Below, one piece after another: positions 13,301-25,256 of a DNA stretch of 64,000 bases; the stretch's first letter is position 1; each line of letters begins with the position of its first letter. The notes under the pieces are model-generated. The model saw only the letters and a program-made list of their open reading frames with translations, was not told the origin of the DNA and searched no databases. Both the position numbers and the translations under genes were made by a program. This DNA comes from Bilabrum cf. latius (lineage: Eukaryota). The stretch spans positions 248,001 through 312,000 of the forward strand of contig OZ237760.1 in assembly GCA_965178125.1 (NCBI GenBank), in the 5' to 3' direction.

Positions 13301-16300
13301 AGGTCCTGAGCCTCTTTCTCGAACGCTGCTTTCTCTAGCTGCAGCTGGTCCCGGCTCGCGCCTGCCTCGTCTGCCTGCTGGTTGGCCTTCTCTAGCTGCT
13401 TCGCAAGCTTTTCGGCCTGTTCTGTGGCGCTATTTGCCCCTTCTTCTGTCTGCGCCGCAGCACGTTCCGCCTCGATGACCCTCTACCTTGCCCGATCCAG
13501 CTGCGTGGCAAAGTCAGCACGAGCCTTCTCCGCCTCTGCCTGGGCCTCTACCGCCTGCTTCGCCGCGCCGACCGCAGCCTCCGCTCTCTGCTCCCAGTGC
13601 TGGGCAGAGGCCCTTGCCTGCTCTGCCTGGGATTCTGCCTGGGTGGCGCGTTGCCTCCACTGCGACAGCTCGTCGCCAGCCTACTGCAGCAGCTCCATGC
13701 TCCCCCTTGCTTCCTCTCGGGACTGCGATAGCTCCTCCTGCGTGCTGGCTAGCTGGCTCTGTGCGCGCTCCACCAGCGTCTCGGTTCTCGAGGCGCGTCC
13801 TGCCGCCCTGTCCCTCTCCTTCTCCAGTGCCTCTACCTCCTCCCGGGCAGCTTTCAGCTTGGTCGCCATCCGCTGCAGCTGGTCCTGCTGCTCCTTCACA
13901 ACGCCCGTCTGGCGGTCCAGCTCCGCGGTCACTTCACGGAGCTCCGAATCGAGCTTGCGGGCATCGCCCGCCTCGTCCTCCCGCGCTCTCTCGGCCTTGC
14001 CTCTTGCCTGGGCCAGCGCGCGGCCAGATCGTGCCGCCTGCTCTTCTGCCTCGCTGGCCCGTTGCCTCTCCCTTCTCAGGCTCGTTTCCAGCTCGACTTG
14101 CCTCTGCCTCACCGTCGCTAACTCCTGCTCTCGCTGCTCCTTCTCCACCTCGAGCGCCGCCAGCTTCTTCTTCGCCTCATGCGCCTCGCCCTCTGCCTCT
14201 GCCCTGCTCTCCGAAACGGCCTAGAGCTGCACACGCACGTCTGACAGCTCGCTCGACAGGGATACACGTTCCGTGCGCGCGGCTTCCGCTGCCTGCTTGG
14301 CTTGCTGCTGCTAGGTGGATGCTTGCTTCGCGGCATCTGCTTCCGCCTCTGCCTTCTGCCTCGCCTCATCCCGCTCCAGCTGGGCGTGCTTGGCCTGCAC
14401 CTTGAGTTCTCTCAGCTGCTCCTGGGCCTTGCTCTCTCTAGTACGCAGCAGCTTGGCCTCGCTGGTGGCGTCTTCAAGCTACTCCTTGAGGCGATGGAGG
14501 GCCCGCCGTCCAGCCGTGGCTTCGCTGGCTGACTTGCGCGCGCCCTCCAGCTCTGCCTTTGTCCGTTCGAGCTGCTCCTCCAGTTTGGCCACCTTTGCTC
14601 TGAGCGCCTGGGATGCAGGGGACTCGGCCTGTTGCGCGTGCTCACTACCAGCGGATGAATGCTTCGAATCGATGCTTCCCCGGGAGGCACCGGCGATGGC
14701 TGAGCCACCGTCCGAGATACCGCCACCTCCTGTATGCTTGGCACGGATCGCGGCTTGCCGCCTCAGGTCCTCGATCTCTGCACCTGCCGCTTGCAGTAGC
14801 TGCATGGCACTGTCCGCTTCTTCCTGGGCCCCTTTCGCGTGCTGCAAGGCCGCCTGCAGCTGCGCGCTCATCTGCTGCACAGACAGCTCCGCTGCGTCCG
14901 CTCGTGCGGTGTGGCGCTCACACGCCTGTGCCAGCCCCTCCGCTTGCGCACGCAGACCAGACAGCTCTGACTCGAGCTTCGGCACATCTGATAACCTGCT
15001 TTCAGCTTGATCGAGGCTTCGCCGCAGCTCATCGGCTTCCTTTTCGTGCTTTGCTGCCAAGGCCGATGATGCTCGCGCCCTGTCATTGGCGCCGTTCAGC
15101 TGCTGTTGCTGTGCGTCGATCTGATCTAGCAGCTCAGCAGCTCCTCCTGCTCTTTCCCTCTCTTTCCTCAGGCTAGTCTCCAGGGCTTTGATCTGCTCAG
15201 CGGCCTCAGCGCTGCTCCTCTTGCTGTCATCGAGCTCCACCTCGAGCGCCGCCAGCTTCTTCTTCGCCTCGTGCGCCTCGCCCTCTGCCTCTGCCCTGCT
15301 CTCCGAAACGGCCTAGAGCTGCACACGCACGTCTGACAGCTCGCTCGACAGGGATACACGTTCCGTGCGCGCGGCTTCCGCTGCCTGCTTGGCTTGCTGC
15401 TGCTAGGTGGATGCTTGCTTCGCGGCATCTGCTTCCGCCTCTGCCTTCTGCCTCGCCTCATCCCGCTCCAGCTGGGCGTGCTTGGCCTGCACCTTGAGTT
15501 CTCTCAGCTGCTCCTGGGCCTTGCTCTCTCTAGCGCGCAGCAGCTGGGCCTCGCTGGTGGCGTCTTCAAGCTGCTCCTTGAGGCGATGGAGGGCCCGCCG
15601 TCCAGCCGTGGCTTCGCTGGCTGACTTGCGCGCGCCCTCCAGCTCTGCCTTTGTCCGTTCGAGCTGCTCCTCCAGTTTGGCCACCTTTGCTCTAAGCGCC
15701 TGGGAAGCAGGGGACTCGGCTAGTTGCGCGTGCTCACTACCAGCGGATGAATGCTTCGAATCGATGCTTCCCCGGGAGGCACCGGCGATGGCTGAGCCAC
15801 CGTCCGAGATACCGCCACCTCCTGTATGCTTGGCACGGATCGCGGCTTGCCGCCTCAGGTCCTCGATCTCTGCACCTGCCGCTTGCAGTAGCTGCATGGC
15901 ACTGTCCGCTTCTTCCTGGGCCCCTTTCGCGTGCTGCAAGGCCGCCTGCAGCTGCGCGCCCTTCTGCTGCACAGACAGCTCCGCTGCGTCCGCTCGTGCA
16001 GTGTGGCGCTCACACGCCTGTGCCAGCCCCTCCGCTTGCGCACGCAGACCAGACAGCTCTGACTCGAGCTTCGGCACATCTGATAACCTGCTTTCAGCTT
16101 GATCGAGGCTTCGCCGCAGCTCATCGGCTTCCTTTTCGTGCTTTGCTGCCAAGGCCGATGATGCTCGCGCCCTGTCATTGGCGCCGTTCAGCTGCTGTTG
16201 CTGTGCGTCGATCTGATCTAGCAGCTCGGCAGCTCCTCCTGCTCTTTCCCTCTCTTTCCTCAGGCTAGTCTCCAGGGCTTTGATCTGCTCAGCGGCCTCA

Positions 16301-17058
16301 GCGCTGCTCCTCTTGCTGTCGTCGAGCTCCACTTCGAGCGCCGCAATGCGACGGCTGGCGTCGCGGACCTCTTGCGCTGTTTTACTCGCACCTGCCTGTG
16401 ATTTCTGCAGCTGACCTTTCAAGTTATTGTTCTCGCGCGATAAAGCATCCAAATTACGTTCTGCTTGCGCGTGTGTAGACTTGATTTTGCTCAACTCGGT
16501 GGTCGCATTCCGAAGCGCAGAATCCGTCGCGCCTGACTTCCGGTCAGCGGCATCCTTCTCCAGTTTCACATGACGAAGTTCTATGCGGCATTTTTGCAAT
16601 TCCATTTTAGCCTCAGCCTCCCGAGATCGCTACTGCTCAAGCTGCTCCAAGGCCTCCTGAAGCTCTTTGCCTTGCCTTGCAATACGAAGCCGCACGGATT
16701 CAGCCTCACTTCCCTGTTCTGATTCTTTGGCCACAGATTGCTGGCGTATACGTGCTGCTTCTGCTTTTGCTTCATCCCTTCCGGCTTCAGCTGTTCTCAG
16801 CTTTCGCTGCAAGACCTCTAGAACCTCGGCAGCCTACCCGACGCTGCTACTTTCGCCTGCCTTGATCTCGTGCTTCTAAATGGTCAATTCCAATCGATCA
16901 ATTTTCAATCGTAGGTCCTCATTTTGCGCCCCGAGTTTCTGCGCCTGATAGGCTGACGACTCTGCCCGCTGCTGCCAGTCGGCTATTGATGCTTCTGCTT
17001 GAGCTGCCCGCGCCTCTGCACGCTGCAGACGCTCGCCTAGAGCTATATTCTAGGACAT
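10348..17058 (-). CDS. Giant coiled-coil protein (about 2236 aa, no intron required)
   Basis: ORFs 10525-10962, 11191-12378, 12457-13131, 13681-14148, 14479-15240, 15403-16605 and 16630-16812 are one frame joined through TAG. ATG at 17058 (MS(TAG)NIALGERLQRAEAR), with an in-frame TGA just upstream; TGA stop at 10350-10348. Sequence is heptad-like and A/E/Q/R/K-rich. Confidence 0.82.
14143..16344. repeat. In-frame tandem duplication of 1092 bp (364 codons)
   Basis: 14143-15234 is near-identical to 15235-16326, with an 18-bp junction motif CTCCAC(C/T)TCGAGCGCCGC at 14143, 15235 and 16327. Confidence 0.93.
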
Positions 17059-17460
17059 TTGAACAGATCAAACTGACAAAACAACCATAGATGAAGACCA
17101 AGTATTAGCAAGCCAATGGTTCGTCAAACGGATTGAAACACGGTTGTAACCGCCGGCGGCACTTGCACTTGGGGAGCCGCCGGCGCCTCAGCAACTTGGG
17201 CAGCTCAGGCGGCCTGCCTTCGCTGGCCGTTTGACAAGTCCATGTATGAGCCCGCATTGCGGAAGAAACTGAGTCCCGAGCATGCCCGGGAGCCAGACAC
17301 AGCGTAGTCAGATTTCCAGTCTCGAGATTCTTGCTGCACTGCACTTAAGCCCGTGTGTAGCCTGCAAGAGAGGCGCAAGCTCCGAATTTTGACATTAAAT
17401 CCAGCCAGGAAGCAAGCTAATTGACCCTACGACTGCAGTCGCACAGCAAAGTGCCCCCAT

Positions 17461-20409
17461 TCAAGCATGGAGCATCTGCTGCCGCCTGCCAGCCTTGGAC
17501 CCGCGCAGAGACCTGAACTCCATGCCGGTATCGGGATACTTGCGAGCGAGCGCCTCCTCCTCGGCGAGTGCCTTGGCTGCCTCCGGATCGTTGGCCATGT
17601 CGACCTCGGCAGCGAGGTCCTCGCTCTGGGCCTTCGGCTGCGAGTCACCATCATCGTTGCCGCCGTTCACCTGTTTCTGGTCCTCCTCGGACTCATCCTG
17701 CTGCTCCTCGGACTCATCCTGCTGCTCCTCGGACTCATCCTCGTTGGAGTTGTCCTCGCTGGACTCATCCTGCTGCTCCTCGGACTCATCCTCGTTGGAG
17801 TTGTCCTCGCTGGACTCATCCTGCTGCACCTCGGACTCATCCTCGTTGGTGCTGTCCTCGCTGGACTCATCCTGCTGCTCCTCGGACTCATCCTCGTTGG
17901 TGCTGTCCTCGCTGGACTCATCCTGCTGCTCCTCGGACTCATCCTCGTTGGTGCTGTCCTCGCTGGACTCATCCTGCTGCTCCTCGGACTCATCCTCGTT
18001 GGTGCTGTCCTCGCTGGACTCATCCTGCTGCTCCTCGGACTCGCCAACGCCATCCTGGCGCACGGAAACAAATCGAGCGGGCTCCTCCTCCTTGGTCTCC
18101 TCATCCTTGGCCTCCTCGGCGGCGGGCTCCTCCTCCTTGGCCTCCTCCTCCTTGGTCTCCTCGGCGGCGGGCTCCTCCTCCTTGGCCTCCTCGGCGGCGG
18201 GCTCCTCCTCCTTGGCCTCCTCCTCCTTGGTCTCCTCGGCGGCGGGCTCCTCCTCCTTGGCCTCCTCGGCGGCGGGCTCCTCCTCCTTGGCCTCCTCGGC
18301 GGCGGGCTCCTCCTCCTTGGTCTCCTCGGCGGCGGGCTCCTCCTCCTTGGCCTCCTCGGCGGCGGGCTCTTCCTCCTTGGTCTCCTCGGCGGCGGGCTCC
18401 TCCTCCTTGGTCTCCTCGGCGGCGGGCTCCTCCTCCTTGGCCTCCTCGGCGGCGGGCTCCTCCTCCTTGGTCTCCTCGGCGGCGGGCTCCTCCTCCTTGG
18501 CCTCCTCGGCGGCGGGCTCTTCCTCCTTGGTCTCCTCGGCGGCGGGCTCCTCCTCCTTGGCCTCCTCGGCGGCGGGCTCCTCCTCCTTGGCCTCCTCGGC
18601 GGCGGGCTCCTCCTCCTTGGTCTCCTCGGCGGCGGGCTCTTCCTCCTTGGTCTCCTCGGCGGCGGGCTCCTCCTCCTCGGCCTCCTCCTCCTTGGTCTCC
18701 TCGGCGGCGGGCTCCTCCTCCTTGGTCTCCTCGGCGGCGGGCTCCTCCTCCTTGGTCTCCTCGGCGGCGGGCTCCTCCTCCTTGGTCTCCTCGGCGGCGG
18801 CCTCCTCCTCCTTGGCCTCCTCGGCGGCGGGCTCCTCCTCCTTGGCCTCCTCGGCGGCGGGCTCCTCCTCCTCGGCCTCCTCCTCCTTGGCCTCCTCGGC
18901 GGCGGGCTCCTCCTCCTTGGTCTCCTCGGCGGCGGGCTCCTCCTCCTTGGTCTCCTCGGCGGCGGGCTCCTCCTCCTTGGTCTCCTCGGCGGCGGGCTCC
19001 TCCTCCTTGGCCTCCTCGGCGGCGGGCTCCTCCTCCTTGGCCTCCTCGGCGGCGGACTCCTCCTCCTTGGCCTCCTCGGCGGCGGGCTCCTCCTCCTTGG
19101 CCTCCTCCTCCTTGGTCTCCTCGGCGGCGGGCTCCTCCTCCTTGGTCTCCTCGGCGGCGGGCTCCTCCTCCTTGGTCTCCTCGGCGGCGGGCTCCTCCTC
19201 CTTGGCCTCCTCGGCGGCGGGCTCCTCCTCCTTGGCCTCCTCGGCGGCGGGCTCCTCCTCCTTGGTCTCCTCGGCGGCGGGCTCCTCCTCCTTGGTCTCC
19301 TCGGCGGCGGGCTCCTCCTCCTTGGCCTCCTTGGCGGCGGGCTCCTCCTCCTTGGTCTCCTCGGCGGCGGGCTCCTCCTCCTTGGCCTCCTCCTCCTTGG
19401 TCTCCTCGGCGGCGGGCTCCTCCTCCTTGGCCTCCTCGGCGGCGGGCTCCTCCTCCTTGGCCTCCTCGGCGGCGGGCTCCTCCTCCTTGGTCTCCTCGGC
19501 GGCGGGCTCCTCCTCCTTGGTCTCCTCGGCGGCGGGCTCCTCCTCCTTGGCCTCCTTGGCGGCGGGCTCCTCCTCCTTGGTCTCCTCGGCGGCGGCCTCC
19601 TCCTCCTCGGCCTCCTCCTCCTTGGCCTCCTCGGCGGCGGGCTCCTCCTCCTTGGTCTCCTCGGCGGCGGGCTCCTCCTCCTTGGTCTCCTCGGCGGCGG
19701 GCTCCTCCTCCTTGGCCTCCTCGGCGGCTGGCTCCTCCTCCTTGGCCTCCTCGGCGGCGGGCTCCTCCTCCTCCTTGGTCTCCTCGGCGGCGACCTCCTC
19801 ATCGGCACCGTCCTTGGCGGCCTCCTCCACCACAGCCTCGGCCTTGTCCTCCGCGGCCTCACTGGCCTCCTTGCTCTCCTGGGCCTCTTCCTTGGCCTCC
19901 TCCGCCTTCTCCTCAACCTTTTCGATCTTTTCTTCGGCCTCCTTGGTAGTCTCCTTCACGTCCTTGGCCAGCTCCTCGTGCTTGTCCTCAAGGGTGTCCA
20001 CGCTCTTCGCCACGTCAGCCACCTTGCCCTCCATTTTTTCTACCCGGTCGGCGAGCTCCTTGGCAGCCTCGTCGTCCTTGGAGGAGGAGAGGTCCTTGGG
20101 GGAGAGGCCGCACCCCTGCACGATCTTGGGGCCCTCCTTGATCACCCGGTTGGCGGCGGCCGACACGGTGCCCTCCTCCACCTTGCCCGCTCGAATGTCC
20201 CTGATGCACTCCAACTGGCTATCGCTGATGTCGTACACCTGGTGAAGGGCGGTCTTGCACTCAGCCGTGCACGTATTGCCCTTGGGGCAGGCCGAGCTTA
20301 TCTTCTCGGCCATCGTCTCGATCAGAGCCACATCCTCGGAGCTGCATCCAGCGTTTGCCGTTGCGGCAATAGCTGCTACAGCCAATAAAATATGCGCAAT
20401 AAGCTTCAT
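17461..20409 (-). CDS. Secreted/surface protein: signal peptide, small Cys-rich domain, short coiled coil, long acidic repeats (about 982 aa)
   Basis: Signal peptide MKLIAHILLAVAAIAATANA, then six Cys, then (EEEPAAEE[T/A]K)n and (ESEEQQDESSEDSTNED)n; ends TGA at 17461. Confidence 0.82.
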   Translation of the reverse strand: MKLIAHILLAVAAIAATANAGCSSEDVALIETMAEKISSACPKGNTCTAECKTALHQVYDISDSQLECIRDIRAGKVEEGTVSAAANRVIKEGPKIVQGCGLSPKDLSSSKDDEAAKELADRVEKMEGKVADVAKSVDTLEDKHEELAKDVKETTKEAEEKIEKVEEKAEEAKEEAQESKEASEAAEDKAEAVVEEAAKDGADEEVAAEETKEEEEPAAEEAKEEEPAAEEAKEEEPAAEETKEEEPAAEETKEEEPAAEEAKEEEAEEEEAAAEETKEEEPAAKEAKEEEPAAEETKEEEPAAEETKEEEPAAEEAKEEEPAAEEAKEEEPAAEETKEEEAKEEEPAAEETKEEEPAAKEAKEEEPAAEETKEEEPAAEETKEEEPAAEEAKEEEPAAEEAKEEEPAAEETKEEEPAAEETKEEEPAAEETKEEEAKEEEPAAEEAKEEESAAEEAKEEEPAAEEAKEEEPAAEETKEEEPAAEETKEEEPAAEETKEEEPAAEEAKEEEAEEEEPAAEEAKEEEPAAEEAKEEEAAAEETKEEEPAAEETKEEEPAAEETKEEEPAAEETKEEEAEEEEPAAEETKEEEPAAEETKEEEPAAEEAKEEEPAAEEAKEEEPAAEETKEEEPAAEEAKEEEPAAEETKEEEPAAEEAKEEEPAAEETKEEEPAAEETKEEEPAAEEAKEEEPAAEETKEEEPAAEEAKEEEPAAEEAKEEEPAAEETKEEEAKEEEPAAEEAKEEEPAAEETKEEEAKEEEPAAEEAKDEETKEEEPARFVSVRQDGVGESEEQQDESSEDSTNEDESEEQQDESSEDSTNEDESEEQQDESSEDSTNEDESEEQQDESSEDSTNEDESEVQQDESSEDNSNEDESEEQQDESSEDNSNEDESEEQQDESEEQQDESEEDQKQVNGGNDDGDSQPKAQSEDLAAEVDMANDPEAAKALAEEEALARKYPDTGMEFRSLRGSKAGRRQQMLHA
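17686..18040. repeat. About 51-bp coding tandem repeat (ESEEQQDESSEDSTNED, about 6 copies plus shorter units)
   Basis: Repeated GGACTCATCCTGCTGCTCCTCGGACTCATCCTCGTTGG... on the + strand. Confidence 0.88.
18077..19790. repeat. 30-bp coding minisatellite (EEEPAAEETK/EEEPAAEEAK), more than 50 units with interspersed 15-bp half units
   Basis: Repeated CTCCTCGGCGGCGGGCTCCTCCTCCTTGG(T/C) on the + strand. Confidence 0.95.
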
Positions 20410-21364
20410 GCCTAACTGCGAGCGTTCAGAGGAGTGTCTCAAGGGTGCACCATTTGAGGCTGTTGCTGGCTCTACCAACAAGGAATGGTCCAAGATATCA
20501 CAAGAGAGCCTTCAAAGTGTAAGGGGTTTGACCAAACTACACAGACGAGTACAGCTGCTTCTATCATGAACTGAATACAGACACGCGACAAGGTCGGTGC
20601 TGCCTGCGATGTGCGCTGCACATCCAAATCATGCGGTCTACTACAGTTTTCCAGGAATTCAAGCACTCAATACGATCAATCATGCTGATGCACTCAAAGG
20701 ATGTAAGTAATTCAAGGGGCCAACCCGCTGCATCACCAGAAATGATACAGGCAGAACACAGCAGCCAGCCAGAGACACATAATTGTTTCAATTCAATGCA
20801 TTGAATAAGGCATCCCGAAGATTTGTCGATCCACAATGCTGTAAACAAGGTATAACTTACAGCTTGTGGCAAAGTGCTCGCGCGAACTGTCCTTACCTAC
20901 GGACTAGAACCACTGATATTTCGGGAGGCTTTGCGCTGGCTTCTGGATCAAACATTACTGTATAGACTAATATATCAGAGTTTGGCAATCTGAACGTTCC
21001 CTAAGGTTCACCGGGCAGTACTGTGTTCTGGGGGCTTATTGCGAGGAAATTATTTCATCCGACGCTCTCCAAGCTCATTTTTAATAATTCATAGAGAAGG
21101 GATGGTCTAAAGAGTTGATTGGAATCGAGTCTGAATGAACATTGGTGCTTGGCTTCCTCTATATATACCTTTCGCATGCTTTTCTGAGAAAGATAATGTA
21201 AATAATGGTCAGAATAGATCAACCATGTGTCTAGTGTGTTGCCTTGAAGCATAAGCTAAGCGTGCGACCACGCAGTTGCAGTTTGCACCGTCGAGCAGGT
21301 TGCAACCGCTTGCGAAATGTGTCCGGTGCGTCGAGGCCCGCACACGAGGAGGCTTTGGCCCAGG

Positions 21365-24300
21365 ATGCTGGGCCTAAACCCAAGAAAATTAAAAGAAGAA
21401 GCTAATTTGAGGCGGGGAAGAGCATAGTAGAGCGCAAGGGTAGCGTTGGATGCATCTGGGTCGTCTCGACTTGCAGGCTGGAACCCGGAGGACGCATCGA
21501 CGCCATCGAACGGGAAATTGCCATTTTCACATCTGCGAGGCAGAAAAGCAAGGAGACCAGGCGCGCCACCTCCTCCCGAGCGACATGCGCCGCCTCCGCC
21601 AAAGTCGGGCGGCCGGGCTCGCTCGCATCAGACTTCGATAGAGGTAGACAGGAAAAATCGAAGCTCCAACGAGAAGCAAGACAGCAGCCCCCGCCAAGCA
21701 GGCAGCTCTTCACCGTAGGCACGCTACAGCCAGTATTCTCTTTCGAAAAACGTGCCGAGGACCATGGCTCATCGTTCAGGCCACGGGAAGGCGAGCACCG
21801 CGACGCGCCACAGTGCCGGTGGCACCAGCAGTCGCCGCTTCCTAGACGAGGAGACTCCATCTGCCCGCGAGCGCGCCATCAAGGCCGTCGAGCGGCGCCG
21901 CGGTGGGGCGATCGAAGCCATGGGTGCGTTCGGGGGAGGGCGGGAGGTACCCTACAAGCGCAAGCTGCTGCTTCGGGCGGCGAGGGGCGAGATCCTGCAG
22001 CTCCGTGACAGGCTGCAGCGGTTCGTGCACAGCCGCTACAAGGACCTCCGGGTGCTCATGCAGCGGCTAGACACGGACTTGGATGGCCTCATCAGCCGGA
22101 AGGACTGGATCGAGGGAACGAAAAGGTACTCGTTCCCACTGACCAAGGACGAGGCCGAGCTGATATTCGCGGCCATCGACGAGGACGGCAACGACGGCCT
22201 CGACTACAGGGAGCTGCTCAGGGTCTTCCAGCCCGCCTCGCTGACGAGTGCGCCCCGCCCCGGGGACAAGGACGAGGCGAGGGCAAGGGAGGACCTGGAG
22301 GGGTTCAAGGTGTTCAGCGAGGCGCAGGTGCGAGCCATCGAGGACCTGGGGCAGTTCTCGCCGAGGGGGACCTTTCAGGGCAACACGGAGGACCCGCTGC
22401 AGCAGCAGCTGAGGGACGCAGTCAAGGTTAAGGCTGACATGAGCGCGATCGGTGAGGCCACGGTGGGAGGGGACGGGAAGCCTCCGAGGGTGGACAAAGA
22501 GGGCAAGGTGGATCTTGGGCGGGACGAGGACGATGAGGCGCGGGTGTACCACCCCTAGATGCGGAGACACGCGGCGAACAGGGACGAGGAGGTCAAGTGG
22601 GTGAGGCAGAAAGTGGCTCGGCAGGTGGGTACTCACGGGGCAGAGTTCTTCCGTTAGTTTGCCAGGTTTGACGTGCACGACCAGGGATGGATCACCGAGC
22701 AGCAGGCGCTGGCAATGTGCGGGCCGCAGGGGTTCGATTTTGGTCTCTCGCGGAGGGAGCAGAGGCTCCTCCTGGAAGAGCTGAGCGAGGGAGGGGCCGT
22801 GGAGCCCAACTCGTTCGAGCACTGGATTAGGGACCAGGACGACAGCAAAACCACGGGGCAGATCCTGCAGGAGAGCAAGGACCGCGCCTTCCGAAGTCTC
22901 CAGAGGAGGATAGAGGAGGAGCCGGAGAGGCACAGGCGGGCGCTCGAGGAGGCCGGGCCCCCGCCCGAGGACCGCACTCTCCCTGCCAGCCTGCGGGTCA
23001 CCAAGGCCTCCACCTGGCACCCGGCGCGGGTGGTGGGAGCCAGGCACGGCGACGGCAGTCCGGAGGTGGAGGCCAAGGGGGATGCCCCGGGGAACAGCAG
23101 CAGCGACGATGACGACGATGCGTGGAGGGTGGGTCGGTCGCTCCGACGCAGGGCTAGGCTGGCTGGTAGCCTGCGGCGGGGCAGAGAAGGGCAGGGCGAG
23201 CTTCTCCCTGATGAGAATGCTGAAGGCGATGCCGGACTGGTGGGTCTTGACGGGGGGTCCAGTGGACTGGCGGCGAGGAGACGGGCGGCACGGCGGGCCG
23301 CCCGTAGGATCCTGCGAGCGACGGCCACGGGGGCCGGGGCTGGAAGCACCCGCATGCCCCGCTCGCTCAAGCCGCTCGTGGAGGAGCAGCAGCCATCCGG
23401 ACCCGGAATCGGAATTGAGAGGCGACCCCCGGTGCACCCGTTGCTGGCCACCGTTGCCTCGGGGCCCAGGGCGCAGCGGAGGATGCAGAACACCGTCACA
23501 GTGGGTAGGCCCACCCCCGCCGTGAAGGGCCTCCCGCAGAGTCCCAGGGAACATGGGGGGGGATTGGGTGACTCGGACAGCGACGAGGAGGAGGGCGGTG
23601 GGAACGGGGTGTGCGGCGGCGCCACCCTGGTTCCGCTGACAACCACCACCCATGCGAGGGGCAGCAAGGGCAAGACGGGCAGGCGGTCCAGCGTGGCGGA
23701 TCGGATCGACGAGGCCAAGGCCAGGCATAGGAGGAGCAGCATGGAGCCGACCGCGCCCAACCCATCGGCAGCAGCTGCAGGCGAGTATGGTGATGACGAG
23801 ATAGAGGAGGTGGAGCAGCAGTGGGGAGGCACGCGGCGTCGGGGCAGCGGCCGAGGGTCCGTTGCTTCCTCGAGGTCGGGTTGGTCGCAAGGTTCCGCTA
23901 GCATGCGCGGCGCCGCGCATCGAGAGGGGGATGTTCCGTTCCGGGTTCGTGGCGGTCACCTCGTGGTGTCTGGCGGGGCGGGGGGAGGTGACTTTAAGGC
24001 AGCGACAGGGATTTAGTCGAGGCGCAAGCCTGCAGTGGAGAGGATGCGTCTCTAGGAGGCGAAGAGGGACATGTTTTCGCTTGAGGTGCCAGAGACTATG
24101 GGCGGGGGAACAATGGGGTCCGCGTGGGGTGATGGGGAACAAGGCGGCTCGGGCATGGGCACCCTGCGTAGGTCCTTTGGTTCCACCACCAGCCTGCACC
24201 GCGGCTAGGACACCGGCCCCAGGCAGAAGCGGCTCGCATTGAGCGGGAGGCACAGTAAGCTGGGCGGATCTGGATCTGGATCCGGAAGACACACGGCCTC

Positions 24301-25057
24301 GCAGCCCGTGCTGGGGCTGCGGCCGACCATGAGAGCGGCCCCTGGGCCCGGCGGCCTCGGGACGGTGGCGATCGAGAACGGCGCGGTGGGCGCGTACATG
24401 CAGCAGGCCAGGCAGAAGCAGAGGACTCAACGGACACTTCTGCGGCCGCCCCCGTCCACGACCGGTCCCAACACGGTGATCCCCCCGAGGTCCTCTGCCG
24501 CTGCCTGCACCGAGGCAGACAGGTTCGTGAGGAAAGGGCGCCTAATGCCGGGGGATTGGGAGAGGAGTGTGGCCGGGAATGGGGCCTCTATCGGGGCGGG
24601 GGCCAGCTCCAGCAGGGGCGGGGCATCTGGTGCGGGCTATCGAAGTGCGGTCGAGGGTGGTCGTGAACGTGACCTGCTTCGCCTGAGCCGAGCGGAGCCC
24701 ACGATCGGGGGAGAGATCGTGGGGCGGTCTACAGGGGGGGAGGGAGGGGGCGGTGGGGACCAGGGGGTGGGGGCGGGGGCGGGCACGCGGCAGCAGCGGA
24801 GGCGTGGGCAGCACCGAACCTTCGATGCGTCGCGGCATGCGACTGGGCCCGCGAGGACGGTGGAGCAGGATCGGCGCCGGCGGCGCGCGCAAGGGGGAAG
24901 CAACGGTGCCTGGGAGCGCATCCAGGCAACATACAGGCGCGAGAACATGCTGCAGGAAGAGAAATCCATGGCCCATTCCATGGCCAGGGGCAAGCATTCG
25001 CTGCTGTACCAGACCAGGCTGAGGGAGCAGCAGGGGTCCAGGTGGGCGCATCTGTGA
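21365..25057 (+). CDS. EF-hand calcium-binding protein with long disordered C-terminus (about 1230 aa)
   Basis: ORFs 21446-21718, 21752-22558, 22673-24016 and 24239-25057 share a frame joined through TAG, including tandem TAGTAG at 21425-21430. EF loops DTDLDGLISRKD, DEDGNDGLDYRE and FR(TAG)FARFDVHDQGWITEQQ. Start 21365 (alternative 21317); ends TGA. Confidence 0.78.
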
Positions 25058-25256
25058 GACGCGTCAGCGTGGCGTGGGGAGTTGCGATGCGATCTGTCTT
25101 CATGCACAATCGAATAGGTGTTGGGATCATTCCATATGGCAAGCAAGGCAACAGAACCAGTTGCCTGATCTTTAGCCTGCGCAAGCGGTTCTAACCTTTC
25201 TGCAAGCCGACCGGAGATACGCCAAAAGGAGCATTTCCTTTAAACTTGCCGACAGA

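Noticed and set aside
18077-19790. CRISPR-like array
   Set aside because: No unique spacers; it is a coding minisatellite in a eukaryotic gene.
17467-20388. Long ORFs of 750-970 aa in other frames (Leu/Gly-, Ser-, Pro/Arg-rich)
   Set aside because: Shadows of the stop-free 30-bp repeat; only the minus frame with signal peptide and Cys domain looks like a real protein.
20500-21300. AT-richer island with short ORFs (e.g. 21055-21252), possible foreign insert or RNA gene
   Set aside because: No motif, terminal repeats or recognisable tRNA/rRNA structure; best explained as a divergent intergenic region.
22067-24430. 787-aa minus-strand ORF and many similar antisense ORFs across the window
   Set aside because: Antisense shadows of GC-rich genes with no motifs.
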